A stretch of DNA of 64,000 nucleotides from Myxococcota bacterium (GTDB lineage: Bacteria > Myxococcota_A > UBA796 > CAJQPC01): assembly GCA_036012755.1 (NCBI GenBank), contig DASCPX010000071.1, positions 80,215 through 144,214 on the forward strand, in the 5' to 3' direction. Positions within the stretch are counted from its first letter, which is position 1. Each line of letters opens with the position of its first letter. Shown here one piece after another: positions 14,606-24,615 of the stretch. Under the pieces are notes generated by a model, which saw only the letters and a program-made list of their open reading frames with translations, ran no database searches and was not told the origin of the DNA. A program made the translations under genes and the position numbers.

Positions 14606-15936
14606 TGCTCCTCGCGCAGCTGCTGGGCTGTCCTGCTCCGGAGTTCGTCGAGCCCGACCCCTGCACCTTCGACGAGCCGGCGGGCACCGGCATCTTCCGC
14701 GTCGAGGAGCTCTGCGAGCGCTGGTGGTTCGTGCCCCCGCAGGGCGGCCGCTTCTGGTCTGCTGGGGTCAACGCGGCCACCCCCACCGGCTCCTGGAACC
14801 AGGAGACCGGAGAGTACGCCTACGCCGAGACCGTCGCCCGGGACTACGGCAGCGACGAGGCCTGGGGAGAGGCCACCGAGCCTCGGCTCGAGGGCTGGGG
14901 CTTCAACACCGCTGGCTCCTGGAGCCGGTCGGACCTGCTGGAGATGCCGGCGACCATCAACCTGGGCCTCAGCGGCGGCGACTGGGAGACCGGCGATGTG
15001 GCTGACTGGTTCTCACCGGAGTGGGAGGCCAGCGTCCAGGCCAAGGTCGACGCCCAGGTGGCGCCTCGGGTCGGCGACGAGATGGTCGTGGGGTGGTTCC
15101 TCGACAACGAGATCCGATGGGGGACGGACTGGCGCGGGACAGCGACGCTGCTGCAGGAGTACCTGGGCCTGGAGGCCGGGGCGCCTGGAAAGTCTGTCGC
15201 CGTCGAGTTGCTCCTGGACGAACTCGGCTCCGTCGAGGCCTGCAACACGGCCCTGGGCACCGACTTCGGCGACCGCGACGCCATGCTCGCCGAGACGACC
15301 TGGGATGCCCTGGACGGAGGGAGCTCGGATGCGGAGGCGGAGCTGACGACAGCCTTCCTCGAGCTCGCGGCGGAGCGCTACTTCTCCTTCACGACCGAGA
15401 CCATCCGCCAGGCCGACCCCGACCACCTCGTGCTGGGAAACCGGGAGGTCTCGGTGATGGTTCGAGCCGAGGTCTGGGAGGCCGCGGCGCGCCACGTCGA
15501 CGTGCTCTCCTCGAACAACTACGTCTTCGTCGACGGCATCGCAGAGGCCGCCCTGAACATCAGCGGCGGCCTGGACCCCGCGGGCTTCCTGGAGGCCCAG
15601 CACGAGCTCACCGGCAAGCCGATCCTCATCACCGAGTTCGGCTTCCGCGCAGCCGACGCCGGACTGCCCAACAGCTGGCCGCCGATCTACCCGACCCTGG
15701 AGAGCCAGGCCGACCGCGCTGATGCCTTCGAGGACTACGTGCAAGAGGCCCAGGCCACCCCCTGGATCGTCGGAGCCCACTGGTTCGCCTGGGTCGACCA
15801 GCCCCCAGAGGGACGCTTCGATGGCGAAGACAACAACTGGGGCCTCGTGAGCGAGCAGGACCAGCCCTACGAGCTCCTGACCCAGCGCACCGCCCAGGTC
15901 CTTCCACAGGTGATGGAGCTGTGGCCACCCTGGTGA
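14605..15936 (+). CDS. GH50 (beta-agarase-like) glycoside hydrolase lipoprotein
   Basis: WGFNTAGSWS, GWFLDNE, DPDHLVLG, KPILITEFGF, VGAHWFAWVDQP-GR-DGEDNNWGLV; TGATG coupling to the upstream gene. Confidence 0.72.
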   Translation: MLLAQLLGCPAPEFVEPDPCTFDEPAGTGIFRVEELCERWWFVPPQGGRFWSAGVNAATPTGSWNQETGEYAYAETVARDYGSDEAWGEATEPRLEGWGFNTAGSWSRSDLLEMPATINLGLSGGDWETGDVADWFSPEWEASVQAKVDAQVAPRVGDEMVVGWFLDNEIRWGTDWRGTATLLQEYLGLEAGAPGKSVAVELLLDELGSVEACNTALGTDFGDRDAMLAETTWDALDGGSSDAEAELTTAFLELAAERYFSFTTETIRQADPDHLVLGNREVSVMVRAEVWEAAARHVDVLSSNNYVFVDGIAEAALNISGGLDPAGFLEAQHELTGKPILITEFGFRAADAGLPNSWPPIYPTLESQADRADAFEDYVQEAQATPWIVGAHWFAWVDQPPEGRFDGEDNNWGLVSEQDQPYELLTQRTAQVLPQVMELWPPW

Positions 15937-16782
15937 TCAGGCGCGCTGAGCTCGCCCCAGCTCGACCACCCGCGCAACCACCTCGTCCAGGCTCCTGACG
16001 GAGGTGTCGACGCTGGCGTGGGCCTGGGCATAGAGCGCCCCGCGAGCCTCCAACAGCGCGCGCAGCTCCGCCATCGCGTCGCCCCGTCCGGCACTCGGCC
16101 GGCGGTCGCCCTGGGCCAGCACCCGAGCCATGTGGTCCTCTGCCGTGGCCTGGAGCCACACGCAGAAGCAGCCGGCGCGGGCAAGTCCCCAGGCCTCCTC
16201 GTCGGTGACGATGCCCCCCGGCAGCGCGATCACGCAGTCCGGACCTGAGAGCACCTCTCTCAGGCAGCGGGCCTCCAGCCGGCGGTAGTAGGGCTCGCCA
16301 TGGAGGGCGAAGATCTCGCCGATGCCGAGTCCGGCCTCGCCCTCGATCAGCTCGTCGAGCTCGGCGAAGTCCATTCCGAGCGCCTTGGCGACAGGGGGAC
16401 CCACGCTGCTCTTTCCAGCGCCGCGGACACCCAGGATGGCGATGCTGCGGGGAGCCTGGAGCCCCAGCACCGAGCGCAGCAGGCCCAGCGCCAGCTTGAG
16501 CTCGCCGTCGTCGAGCCCATCGAGCAGCCGCTCGAGCTGCCGGCGCGGACCAGGCGGATGGGGGGACTCCAAGAGGGTGGCCAGCGGCACCTCCAAGGCC
16601 CGCGCGACCTTCTCCAGGCGCCCGATCGCGATGTTGCCCTGGCCTGCCTCCACCTGCGCGATGAAGCGTGGGCTGAGCCCGGCCCGCTCGGCGAGGGCCC
16701 GCGCGCTCAGATCGAGCTCGGTCCGGCGCCGACGGATCCTGGCTCCGACTCCACTCAGGAACTGCCCCTGCGAAGGATCCAT
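15937..16782 (-). CDS. bzdR: BzdR/BoxR-type regulator (XRE HTH plus shikimate-kinase-like domain)
   Basis: N-terminal HTH (LAERAGLSPRFIAQVEAGQGN); SK-like domain with GVRGAGKSS, GGIV, HMARVLAQGD-RP; divergent from the bcr-like operon. Confidence 0.88.
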   Translation of the reverse strand: MDPSQGQFLSGVGARIRRRRTELDLSARALAERAGLSPRFIAQVEAGQGNIAIGRLEKVARALEVPLATLLESPHPPGPRRQLERLLDGLDDGELKLALGLLRSVLGLQAPRSIAILGVRGAGKSSVGPPVAKALGMDFAELDELIEGEAGLGIGEIFALHGEPYYRRLEARCLREVLSGPDCVIALPGGIVTDEEAWGLARAGCFCVWLQATAEDHMARVLAQGDRRPSAGRGDAMAELRALLEARGALYAQAHASVDTSVRSLDEVVARVVELGRAQRA

Positions 16783-16800
16783 GTCTCGTCTTCCTCGGTG

Positions 16801-16846
16801 GGCATTATAATGCATATATGCCAGAGGGGCATTGCATTATGTTGCG
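16801..16846. promoter_or_regulatory. Two TGCA-N6-TGCA-like operator boxes in an AT-rich divergent promoter region
   Basis: GGCA-TTATAA-TGCA (16801-16814) and TGCA-TTATGT-TGCG (16833-16846); palindrome GCATTATAATGC. Confidence 0.7.
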
Positions 16847-16888
16847 CTGTCGGTAATCCTCGGCAGGTCAGCCAAGCCAGGAGCACCT

Positions 16889-18061
16889 GTGAGCTACGAG
16901 CGCACCTTTATCGAGTGGCACGACCAGCCGCTGGGCGACATCCTGGGCCTCTGCCGGGACGTGGTGGAGGAGGTCGACTACAGCGCCGTCCAGCGCTGGC
17001 GGGCGCGCGGAGGCAAGACCGTCGGGCACTTCCAGGTCTACTTCCCGCAGGAGATCGTGCACGCCGCGGGCCTGCTCCCCGTGCACATTCGCGGCGCCCA
17101 GCTGGACCCCACGAACTCCGACTCCCACTTCGGCTCCTACCTCTGCTCCATCCTCAAGACCTCTCTGGAGCTGGCCCTGAGCGGGCGGGTCGTGCTGGAC
17201 GCCTTCGTCACCCACCCCATCTGCGATGCGGCCCGCAACCTCGCGGCCATCTGGGGCCGGAACTACGACTACCCCTGCCAGATCCTCTACCTCCCCCAGA
17301 ACGCCAACTCCTCCGCCACCGTCCAGTACCTGCGCGACGAGTACGACCGGCTGCTCGAGGTCGTCGAGGGCGTCGCCGGGCGCAAGGTCAGCGCGGACGA
17401 CCTCCGTCACTCCATCGGCCTCTACAACCGGGCCCGGGCCCTGATGCGGGAGCTCTACACCCTCAAGCGAGAGACCCCCTGGAAGGTGGCGGCAGAGGAC
17501 GCCTACGCCCTGGTCTCGGTGGGCGGCATGATCCCCGTCGAGGACCACGTCGAGCTGCTCGAGCACGTGCTTCCGCAGCTTCGGGAGCGCGACGCCAAGG
17601 TCGAGGACCGCATCCGCGTGGTCTTCGAGGGCGGCTTCTGCGAGCAGCCGCCGATGGACCTCATCCGCATGGTGGGGCGCACTTGCTACATCGTCGACGA
17701 CGACTTCCACATCGGCCTGCGCTGGGTGCTCGAGGACATCCCCACAGAGGGCGACGACCCGCTCTGGGCGCTGGCTCACGCCTACATCGAGAGCAGCAGC
17801 TACAGCCCCGTGCAGCACGACGAGCGCAAGCACAAGGAAGACATGCTGGTCCAGCGGATGGAGGGCTGCAGCGCTGGGGCGGTCGTGCTCGCCGCCGCGA
17901 AGATGTGCGAGCCGGGGCTCGAGGAGCAGGTCGCCTACATCCAGAGGTTGGACGAGCTCGGCACGCCGCACTTCGTCAACGAGTTCGAAGAGAACATGAG
18001 CAGCTTCAGCGCGCTGGAGATGCAGGTCGAGACCTTCGTCGAGAACCTCCTGTTCGACTGA
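16889..18061 (+). CDS. bcrC: Benzoyl-CoA reductase subunit C-like (2-hydroxyacyl-CoA dehydratase family)
   Basis: EIVHAAGLLP, ICDAARNL, PWKV, PVEDH, FCEQPP-DLI, CYIVDDDF resemble Thauera BcrC as I recall it; GTG 16889 with AGGAG. Confidence 0.75.
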   Translation: MSYERTFIEWHDQPLGDILGLCRDVVEEVDYSAVQRWRARGGKTVGHFQVYFPQEIVHAAGLLPVHIRGAQLDPTNSDSHFGSYLCSILKTSLELALSGRVVLDAFVTHPICDAARNLAAIWGRNYDYPCQILYLPQNANSSATVQYLRDEYDRLLEVVEGVAGRKVSADDLRHSIGLYNRARALMRELYTLKRETPWKVAAEDAYALVSVGGMIPVEDHVELLEHVLPQLRERDAKVEDRIRVVFEGGFCEQPPMDLIRMVGRTCYIVDDDFHIGLRWVLEDIPTEGDDPLWALAHAYIESSSYSPVQHDERKHKEDMLVQRMEGCSAGAVVLAAAKMCEPGLEEQVAYIQRLDELGTPHFVNEFEENMSSFSALEMQVETFVENLLFD

Positions 18062-18086
18062 GCAGCCCACCAGCGCGGAGAGAGCC

Positions 18087-19388
18087 ATGATCGAAAAAGA
18101 GATCGAGCCCGAGAACGAGAACACCCTAGTCGGCAGGGGAAACAAGGACGGCGCGGCCCTCTTCCGGAGCTGGTTCAATGACCTGGACCAGGTCGCCCAG
18201 AGAGAGGAAGGCGGCGCCTACGTCTTCGTGATGGGCAGCCTGAACGAGGTGCTCAAGTCCTTCGACATGCCCGTGATCTTCCCGGAGATCAACTCCCTGC
18301 AGACCGCCGTGCGGCGGGTGGCCCACGAGTACCTCGACGAGGCAGAGGACGTCGGGTACTCGCCCGACATCTGCGGCTACGTCAAGGCGGACGTGGCCCT
18401 GCAGCTGCGCAAGGGCGAGCACCCGATGGGCCGCATCCCCAAGCCGAGCATCGCGGTCTACACCAACGCCTGCAACACCTACATCAAGTGGGCGGAGATC
18501 TGGCAGCGCATGCACGGCGTGCCCCTGGTCACCCTGGACATCCCAGGGACGCGCCAGTGCGGAGTGGTCACGAGCCCGGGCCAGCGGCGCTTCGAGAACG
18601 ACCGCCGCTACGTCGAGGCACAGATCCGGGAGCTGATCACCACCTGCGAGCAGGTCACGAACAAGCCCTTCGACATCGACAAGCTGCGCGACTGCATGCG
18701 CCACGCGAACCGCCTGAGCGCGGCCTGGGCCCGCATCCTCGAGCTGAACCGGAGCAAGCCCTCGCTCTTCAACGCCCTGACCGACGGCACGATCTACCTG
18801 GGGGTCGCAAACGGCTTCCGCGGCACCGAGACCGGCAGCGTCTACTTCGAGCAGCTCGTCGAGGAGATGGAGTACAAGGCCCAAAACGGCATCGGCACCA
18901 TGACCGACGAGCAGTACCGCCTCATCTTCGTCGGCGTGCCCTGCTACCCGATCTTCCGGCGCTTCAACGAGCTCTTCACCGAGTGGGGCGGGACCTTCGT
19001 CAACTCGACCTACCTCTGGTTCGCCTCCGGAGGCACGAACAAGGGCTTCCAATACGATCTCGAGAAGCCCATCGAGAGCCTCTCAGAGGGGCTGTTGCTG
19101 AGCGTGCGTGACGCCATGGACAGCATGTTCCACCAGACGATGATGGTGGAGGACATGATCGAGGACTACGGCGTCGACGGGGTCATCTACCACCCCATCA
19201 AGAGCTGCCGGACCGTTTCCACCGGCCTCGCCGACAGCCGCCGGGCGCTGTTGAAGGGAAGCGGCACGCCGAGCCTCTTCATCGAGTCCGACATGATGGA
19301 CCGCCGAGTCGTCTCGGAGGCCCAGCTCAAGAACCGCATCGACGCCTTCTTCGAGGGGCTAGCCTCGAAGAGGCTTCTGGAGAACTGA
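18087..19388 (+). CDS. bcrB: Benzoyl-CoA reductase subunit B-like
   Basis: [55 protein letters not shown] resemble BcrB as I recall it. Confidence 0.75.
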   Translation: MIEKEIEPENENTLVGRGNKDGAALFRSWFNDLDQVAQREEGGAYVFVMGSLNEVLKSFDMPVIFPEINSLQTAVRRVAHEYLDEAEDVGYSPDICGYVKADVALQLRKGEHPMGRIPKPSIAVYTNACNTYIKWAEIWQRMHGVPLVTLDIPGTRQCGVVTSPGQRRFENDRRYVEAQIRELITTCEQVTNKPFDIDKLRDCMRHANRLSAAWARILELNRSKPSLFNALTDGTIYLGVANGFRGTETGSVYFEQLVEEMEYKAQNGIGTMTDEQYRLIFVGVPCYPIFRRFNELFTEWGGTFVNSTYLWFASGGTNKGFQYDLEKPIESLSEGLLLSVRDAMDSMFHQTMMVEDMIEDYGVDGVIYHPIKSCRTVSTGLADSRRALLKGSGTPSLFIESDMMDRRVVSEAQLKNRIDAFFEGLASKRLLEN

Positions 19389-20197
19389 TGGCCTACGCAG
19401 CCGGAGTGGACGTCGGGTCCACACAGACCAAGGCCGTGATCATCGACGAGGACGGCGAGATCGTCGCCTGGGCCCTGGAAATGACCGGAGCCAACGTCGT
19501 GCAAGCCGCCCAGAAGGTCTTCCTCTCCGCCTTGAAGGAGGCGGGCCTGCAGGAGGAGGAGGTCGAGTACGTCATCGGCACTGGCTACGGCCGCTACCGC
19601 GTGACCTTCGGAAACGCCCAGGTGACCGAGATCTCCTGTCACGGCCGCGGAGCCGTCCACCTCTTCCCGAACACCCGCACGGTCGTCGACATGGGCGGAC
19701 AGGACACAAAGGCCATCCGCGTGAGCGCGGCGGGCGACATCGTCGACTTCTGCATGAACGACAAGTGCGCGGCGGGCACCGGGCGCTTCCTCGGGGCCGC
19801 CTCCAGCGCCCTGGACATCCCCCTGGACGAGCTCGGCGACGTGGCGCTGCGGTCTACACGACCGGTGAAGATCAGCACGACCTGCACGGTCTTCGCCGAG
19901 TCAGAGGTCCTCGCCTGGTTGGGCAAGGGCAAGAAGGTCGAGGACATCCTCTGGGGCGTCCACACCTCCATCGCCGTGCGCTCGGGCGCCCTGATGAGGC
20001 GCGTCGGCACCGAGTCCGAGATCACCTTCACCGGCGGCGTCTCGCGCAACCCGGCGATGGTCGAGGCCCTCGAGCAGCGCCTCGGCCAGAAGGTGAACAT
20101 CAGCGAGGAGTCCCACTACATGGGCGCCCTCGGCGCCGCGCTCTTCGCCCTGGACCACATCCAATCCCACCGCAGCCCCACCCAGGAGACCGCATGA
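19388..20197 (+). CDS. bcrA: BcrA/BzdQ-like ASKHA ATPase (activase) subunit
   Basis: [51 protein letters not shown]. Confidence 0.7.
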   Translation: MAYAAGVDVGSTQTKAVIIDEDGEIVAWALEMTGANVVQAAQKVFLSALKEAGLQEEEVEYVIGTGYGRYRVTFGNAQVTEISCHGRGAVHLFPNTRTVVDMGGQDTKAIRVSAAGDIVDFCMNDKCAAGTGRFLGAASSALDIPLDELGDVALRSTRPVKISTTCTVFAESEVLAWLGKGKKVEDILWGVHTSIAVRSGALMRRVGTESEITFTGGVSRNPAMVEALEQRLGQKVNISEESHYMGALGAALFALDHIQSHRSPTQETA

Positions 20198-21009
20198 TCA
20201 CCGCAGGCATCGACGTCGGCTCCACCTACACCAAGGCGGCCATCTTCGACGGAGAGCAGATCCTGGCGACGGCGCTGGCCCCGACCGGCTTCCGCCTGAG
20301 TTGGGTGGCGCGGAAGGTCTTCGACGAGGCCCTCGCGGACGCAGGGCTCGATGAGACACAGATCGAGTACGTCATCTCCAGCGGCATCGGCCGCCATCAG
20401 GTGGGCTTCAAGGACCTCGCCGTCACCGACCTCACCGCCAGCGCGCGGGGGGCGAACTACTTCTTCCCCGGAACCAGGACCGTACTGGATGTCGGCGGGC
20501 AGACCATGAAGGCATCACGGATAGCCGGCAGCGCCAAGGTCGAGGCCTTCCGTCTCAACGACAAGTGCGCGGCCGGCACCGGCGCCTTCCTGGAGAAGAC
20601 GGCGCGCTACATGGGCTACAGCACAGAGGAGATCGGTCCGCTGATGGCGACGGCCAGGGAGACCGTGCCCATCTCCGGAGTCTGTGCCGTGTTCGCCGAG
20701 TCAGAGGTGATCAACCACCTCTCGCTGGGCACCCCACCCTGCGACATCATGCAGGGCGCCATCGAGTCCCTCACGGGCCGCTCGGTGCAGCTCATGAAGC
20801 GCGTCAAGGCCCAGCCGGAGTACACGCTGGTGGGCGGGATCCTGCGCTTCCACACGATGGCCGACGCCGTGCGCGAGCGCCTCGGCGCAGACGTGAACGT
20901 GCCCCCAGGAGAGCTCTGCCAGTTCGCGGTCGCCGTGGGCTGCGCCATCCTGGCCCAGATCCGCCTCCGCAAGGTCCGCTCCGAGCAGGCCGCCTCGCCG
21001 GCAGCATGA
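20194..21009 (+). CDS. bcrD: BcrD/BzdP-like ASKHA ATPase (activase) subunit
   Basis: [48 protein letters not shown] overlap at 20194. Confidence 0.7.
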   Translation: MITAGIDVGSTYTKAAIFDGEQILATALAPTGFRLSWVARKVFDEALADAGLDETQIEYVISSGIGRHQVGFKDLAVTDLTASARGANYFFPGTRTVLDVGGQTMKASRIAGSAKVEAFRLNDKCAAGTGAFLEKTARYMGYSTEEIGPLMATARETVPISGVCAVFAESEVINHLSLGTPPCDIMQGAIESLTGRSVQLMKRVKAQPEYTLVGGILRFHTMADAVRERLGADVNVPPGELCQFAVAVGCAILAQIRLRKVRSEQAASPAA

Positions 21010-21251
21010 TCGCAGTGGACGACAAGGGCATCCGGAGCAACGTGGCGCTGCTGGCGGAGGGCTGGGAGCGCCGCCACCTGGCCGAGCCCGCGCGGGTGGA
21101 GGAGGCCATGGACGTCTACGCCGAGGCGGGCTTCGAAGTCCGCGCAGAGGACCTGGGCCCCGCGGACTTCGGCACCGGATGCTCGGCCTGCAGCGCGTCG
21201 ATCTGCAGCAGCTTCAAGCTGATCTACACGCGCAAGAGGAGCTCCGAGTAG
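21006..21251 (+). CDS. Small Cys-containing hypothetical protein, last gene of the bcr-like operon
   Basis: ATGA overlap; MIAVDDKG...GWERR...YAEAGFEV...CSACSASIC...IYTR; GC3-rich. Confidence 0.7.
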   Translation: MIAVDDKGIRSNVALLAEGWERRHLAEPARVEEAMDVYAEAGFEVRAEDLGPADFGTGCSACSASICSSFKLIYTRKRSSE

Positions 21252-21282
21252 CTCTTCTGCCCGGCGTCGCTATCATCGGCAG

Positions 21283-22477
21283 ATGCTGACGAACGCTTGG
21301 ATTGCATCGATGACGAGCGTGGCCTCCGCCGCCGAGCTGCCGCTGACTCCGGTGGACCTGCCCTTCAACACCCAGGGCGCGCCCAGCATGCAGCAGTCCC
21401 TGGAGCTCTCCTACTACCTCTACCGCCTTGGAGAGCTGGGCAACCAGGCGCTCATGGCCCGCCTCTTTCCAGAGAAGGAGGGGCTCCAACTGGGGGTGGG
21501 GATCGCGATCTCCTGGACCCTGCCGATGTTGCCGGTGAACGGCTGGATGCACGAGGAGTGGCACCGCGCGGTCATGACCCGCCAGGGCATCTCCTCCCGC
21601 AACACGATCTACGACCCCCGGACCTGGGACCCAGGGCTACGTCGCGGTCGACCACGTCAGCGACGAGGACCTGTCGCGCTTGCGCAGCGAGTCGCCAGCC
21701 GACCACGTCCGCCTGTCGATGGTGGGGACCCTTGTCTTTCAGGAGATCAACAGCCTGGCCTGCCTCGAGGGCAGCGACGAGATCGTGGCCCAGGCGAACG
21801 CCGCGGAGCCCACCATCGCGGTGCGGGACTTCACTGGCCTGGACTGCACCTCCTGGGCCTACGACCTGAGCAACCCGGACGACCCCTACGAGGCGCGCGG
21901 AGAACACCCCAGCGGGGTCGGCGTGGACCGCTACGGCAGCTGGTCCGACCTGACCCCAGAGGCTCGAGAGCTGCTCACCCGCCTCCGGGCGATGTGCCTG
22001 CTGAACGCGCTGAACCCCAACCTCTACGGCGTCAACGGCATCCAGATGGGCGAGGGCGTCGGCATGCTCTCGCTGTCATCGATGCTCACCCCCTACGGCC
22101 ACGCCCTGGAGCTCCACGCCCTCTACCGGAACACCCGCCGCTGGTCGCTGGATCTGGGGCTGGGCTTCAACCGGGACCAGCTCCAGCCCTGGCTTGCCCT
22201 GGGCCTGCGCCAGCCGGTGGGGACACGCTGGACCCTCGGCGGCCAGCTGCGAGGCTGGGTCCAGCCCACGGACCTTCGCTGGGACGCGACGACACGACAA
22301 CCCGGAGGCGGAGCTACGTTGGAGGCCCGCTGGAAGGCGGCGGAGCGCGTCGACCTCCGCGTCGCCGCAGAGGCCAAGACCGCCGGCTGGATCATGGGCG
22401 AGGAGGCCCTCGACCCGCAGGTCGGTATGAACGCGGGTGCGGTGTTCAGGGTGGGCTCTGGGAGCTTCCAGCGCTAG
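21283..22477 (+). pseudogene. Frameshifted secreted/outer-membrane hypothetical protein (HEEWH motif, beta-strand-rich C-terminus)
   Basis: Protein-like frame from 21283 to about 21633, then the +1 frame (GYVAVDHVSDEDLSRL...) to the stop at 22477. Confidence 0.6.
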
Positions 22478-22529
22478 CGGACCGGAAGCGCTCTCACACC
22501 TCCGAGCGGCTGCCGCGATACCAGGGGAC

Positions 22530-22769
22530 ATGCCCAACGACGATGGAATGACCTGCCGCCACCAGCTCCGCCTGGGTGCAGACGGTGCCGTGAGCGCCGG
22601 CGGCACGGCCGAGGGGTGTCTGATCATCTTCGTCGCTTCAGAGGCGACGACCAAGATCCGAGAGGCTGCGACCGCGCTGGGGTGCGAGACCGAGGCCGAC
22701 AACGCCTGCCCCTTCGCGGAGCAGGACCTCTGGCGCCACTGCCCCAGCTACCAGCGCCGCCGAACCTGA
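22530..22769 (+). CDS. Small Cys-rich hypothetical protein
   Basis: ATG 22530 after AGGGG; five Cys; fills an intergenic gap. Confidence 0.4.
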   Translation: MPNDDGMTCRHQLRLGADGAVSAGGTAEGCLIIFVASEATTKIREAATALGCETEADNACPFAEQDLWRHCPSYQRRRT

Positions 22770-22776
22770 GACCCCC

Positions 22777-22896
22777 TCAGGGTTCTCGGCAGTCGCTCTC
22801 GCAGCCCCCGCAGCCGGCGCAGCGCTTGTCTCGGAAGAGCAGCCCGAAGCCGACACAGCCAAGGACGAGGGCGACGATGGCGACGACGTGGGTCAT
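22777..22896 (-). CDS. 39-aa TM plus Cys-rich peptide (not in ORF track)
   Basis: MTHVVAIVALVLGCVGFGLLFRDKRCAGCGGCESDCREP; ATGA overlap with the rnfA stop. Confidence 0.7.
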   Translation of the reverse strand: MTHVVAIVALVLGCVGFGLLFRDKRCAGCGGCESDCREP

Positions 22897-23471
22897 GTCG
22901 AGAACAGCCCCGCGAAGCCCATGAAGGCCAGGGACAAGAGCCCGGCGATGATGAGGCTGAGCGCCGTCCCCTTGACCACCGACGGAACCGAAGACAGGCG
23001 TGCTTCGACCCGCAGACCGGCCATCAGCGCCAAGGCGAGGGTGAAGCCGCCGCCTGCGCCGAGGGCATAGACGATGCCCTCGACGAAGCCGTACTCCTTG
23101 TTCGTCTGGAACAGGGCCAGCCCAAGGATCGCGCAGTTGGTCGTGATGAGCGGCAGGAAGATGCCCAGGGCCTCGAAGAGCGGGGGGGCGATGCGCTTGA
23201 TGAACATCTCGACGAACTGAACCGTGCTGGCGACGACCACGATGAAGCTGATGAGCTTCAGATACGGCGCGTGGGGCAGCACGAAGGCGTTGAGCACGCT
23301 GGCGCAGATCGAGGTGACCAACATGACGAAGGTGGTCGCCGCGCCCAGGCGCAGGGCCGTGTCCACGCGGTTCGAGACGCCGAAGAAGGGACAGAGGCCC
23401 AAGAAGTAGGCGAGCACGAAGTTGTTCACCAACAAGGCGCTCACGAAGATCCAGAGGAGCTGGCCGGTCAC
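22893..23471 (-). CDS. rnfA: Rnf complex subunit A
   Basis: NNFVL-YFLGLCPFFGVS, LGIFLPLITTNCAILG, LSLAFMGFAG. Confidence 0.93.
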   Translation of the reverse strand: MTGQLLWIFVSALLVNNFVLAYFLGLCPFFGVSNRVDTALRLGAATTFVMLVTSICASVLNAFVLPHAPYLKLISFIVVVASTVQFVEMFIKRIAPPLFEALGIFLPLITTNCAILGLALFQTNKEYGFVEGIVYALGAGGGFTLALALMAGLRVEARLSSVPSVVKGTALSLIIAGLLSLAFMGFAGLFST

Positions 23472-24058
23472 GCTGCCCTCCTCTGTTCGGCGACGTTGAA
23501 GACGAGCAGGATCAGCCCGAGCATGATGAAGCCGCCCGGGGGCAGGATCATCACGATCCAGGGCTCGAAGTTGTCGCCGAAGAGCGACAGCCCAAACAGC
23601 GAGCCGTTGCCCAGGATCTCTCGCACGGCGCCGAGGCAGAACAGCGCCAGGGTGAAGCCGAGCCCCATGCCCACGGCGTCGAACAGGGCGAGCTTCACCG
23701 TGTTCTTGCTGGCGAAGGCCTCTTGCCGGCCGAGGATGAGGCAGTTCACGACGATCAGCGCGATGAAGGCCCCGAGCTCCTTGTGGACCTCTGGCAACAG
23801 CGCCATGAGCGTGTAGTCGGCCACGGTCACGAAGGTGGCGATGATGATGATGTAGGTCGTGATCCGGACCGGCTTCGGGATCCACTTCCGCAGGGCGGAC
23901 ACCAGCACGCTCGAGCCGGTCAGCACGAAGAAGGTGGCCCCACCCATCGCCAGCGCGTTCACCGCCGAGTTCGTCACCGCCAGCATCGGGCACATGCCCA
24001 GGACCTGCACGAAGACAGGGTTGTCCCTCCAGATGCCCTTGACCAGCTCGGCGTTCAC
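23468..24058 (-). CDS. rnfE: Rnf complex subunit E
   Basis: NPVFVQVLGMCP-LAVT, LIVVNCLILGR-EAFA, PPGGF. Confidence 0.93.
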   Translation of the reverse strand: MNAELVKGIWRDNPVFVQVLGMCPMLAVTNSAVNALAMGGATFFVLTGSSVLVSALRKWIPKPVRITTYIIIIATFVTVADYTLMALLPEVHKELGAFIALIVVNCLILGRQEAFASKNTVKLALFDAVGMGLGFTLALFCLGAVREILGNGSLFGLSLFGDNFEPWIVMILPPGGFIMLGLILLVFNVAEQRRAA

Positions 24059-24615
24059 TGCAACCGCTCCAGCCAGGTGTCGTTCGACGCGTTGATGATC
24101 TCGACCACCGCCTTGGAGGAGATGGTGGCGCCGGTGATGGCGTCGATCTCGTTCGGCGTGGTGGCCTTGCCCTTCTTCACGGCGAGGATGTCCGGCTCCA
24201 CGACGAGGTCCTCGAACTGCGCCACGAAGACCTCGTCCTTGATGATCTTGTCCCCTAGCCCCGGGGTCTCCCGGCTCTCGAGGACACGCATCCCGATCAC
24301 GCGGTCCCGCGCCGGGTCGTAGCCATAGAGCAGGCTGATCGTGTCCTGGAAGCCCGGTCCCTTGGCCGGGATGGCGTAGCCGAGCAGCTCCCCCGCGGCG
24401 TTGTGGGCCGCGTAGACGGCCCCATCGTCGAAGTCCACGCGCTCCATCGTGGTGGCGTGCGGGACGACCTCGAAGACCGCCCGCTGCAGGGCCTCGGCCC
24501 GGTTCCGCTCGATGCGCGGCAGCGTGATCTCGTAGACCCCGACGATGGCCAGGCCCGAGACGAGCCCGGCGACGCCGAGGGTCAGGATCATGCTGAAGCT
24601 GCTGTCGCTGCTCAT
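24055..24615 (-). CDS. rnfG: Rnf complex subunit G
   Basis: N-terminal TM, ETPGLGDKI, FMN-attachment motif DAITGATISS. Confidence 0.92.
   Translation of the reverse strand: MSSDSSFSMILTLGVAGLVSGLAIVGVYEITLPRIERNRAEALQRAVFEVVPHATTMERVDFDDGAVYAAHNAAGELLGYAIPAKGPGFQDTISLLYGYDPARDRVIGMRVLESRETPGLGDKIIKDEVFVAQFEDLVVEPDILAVKKGKATTPNEIDAITGATISSKAVVEIINASNDTWLERLQ

Noticed and set aside
15934..15939. TGATCA palindrome from abutting convergent stops (also 43476-43481)
   Set aside because: Explained by TGA preference and compact packing; two cases are not enough to infer a site
16889..19388. Calling the reductase subunits bzdN/bzdO because bzdR is adjacent
   Set aside because: Recognisable motifs and gene order fit BcrC/BcrB better; phylogeny needed
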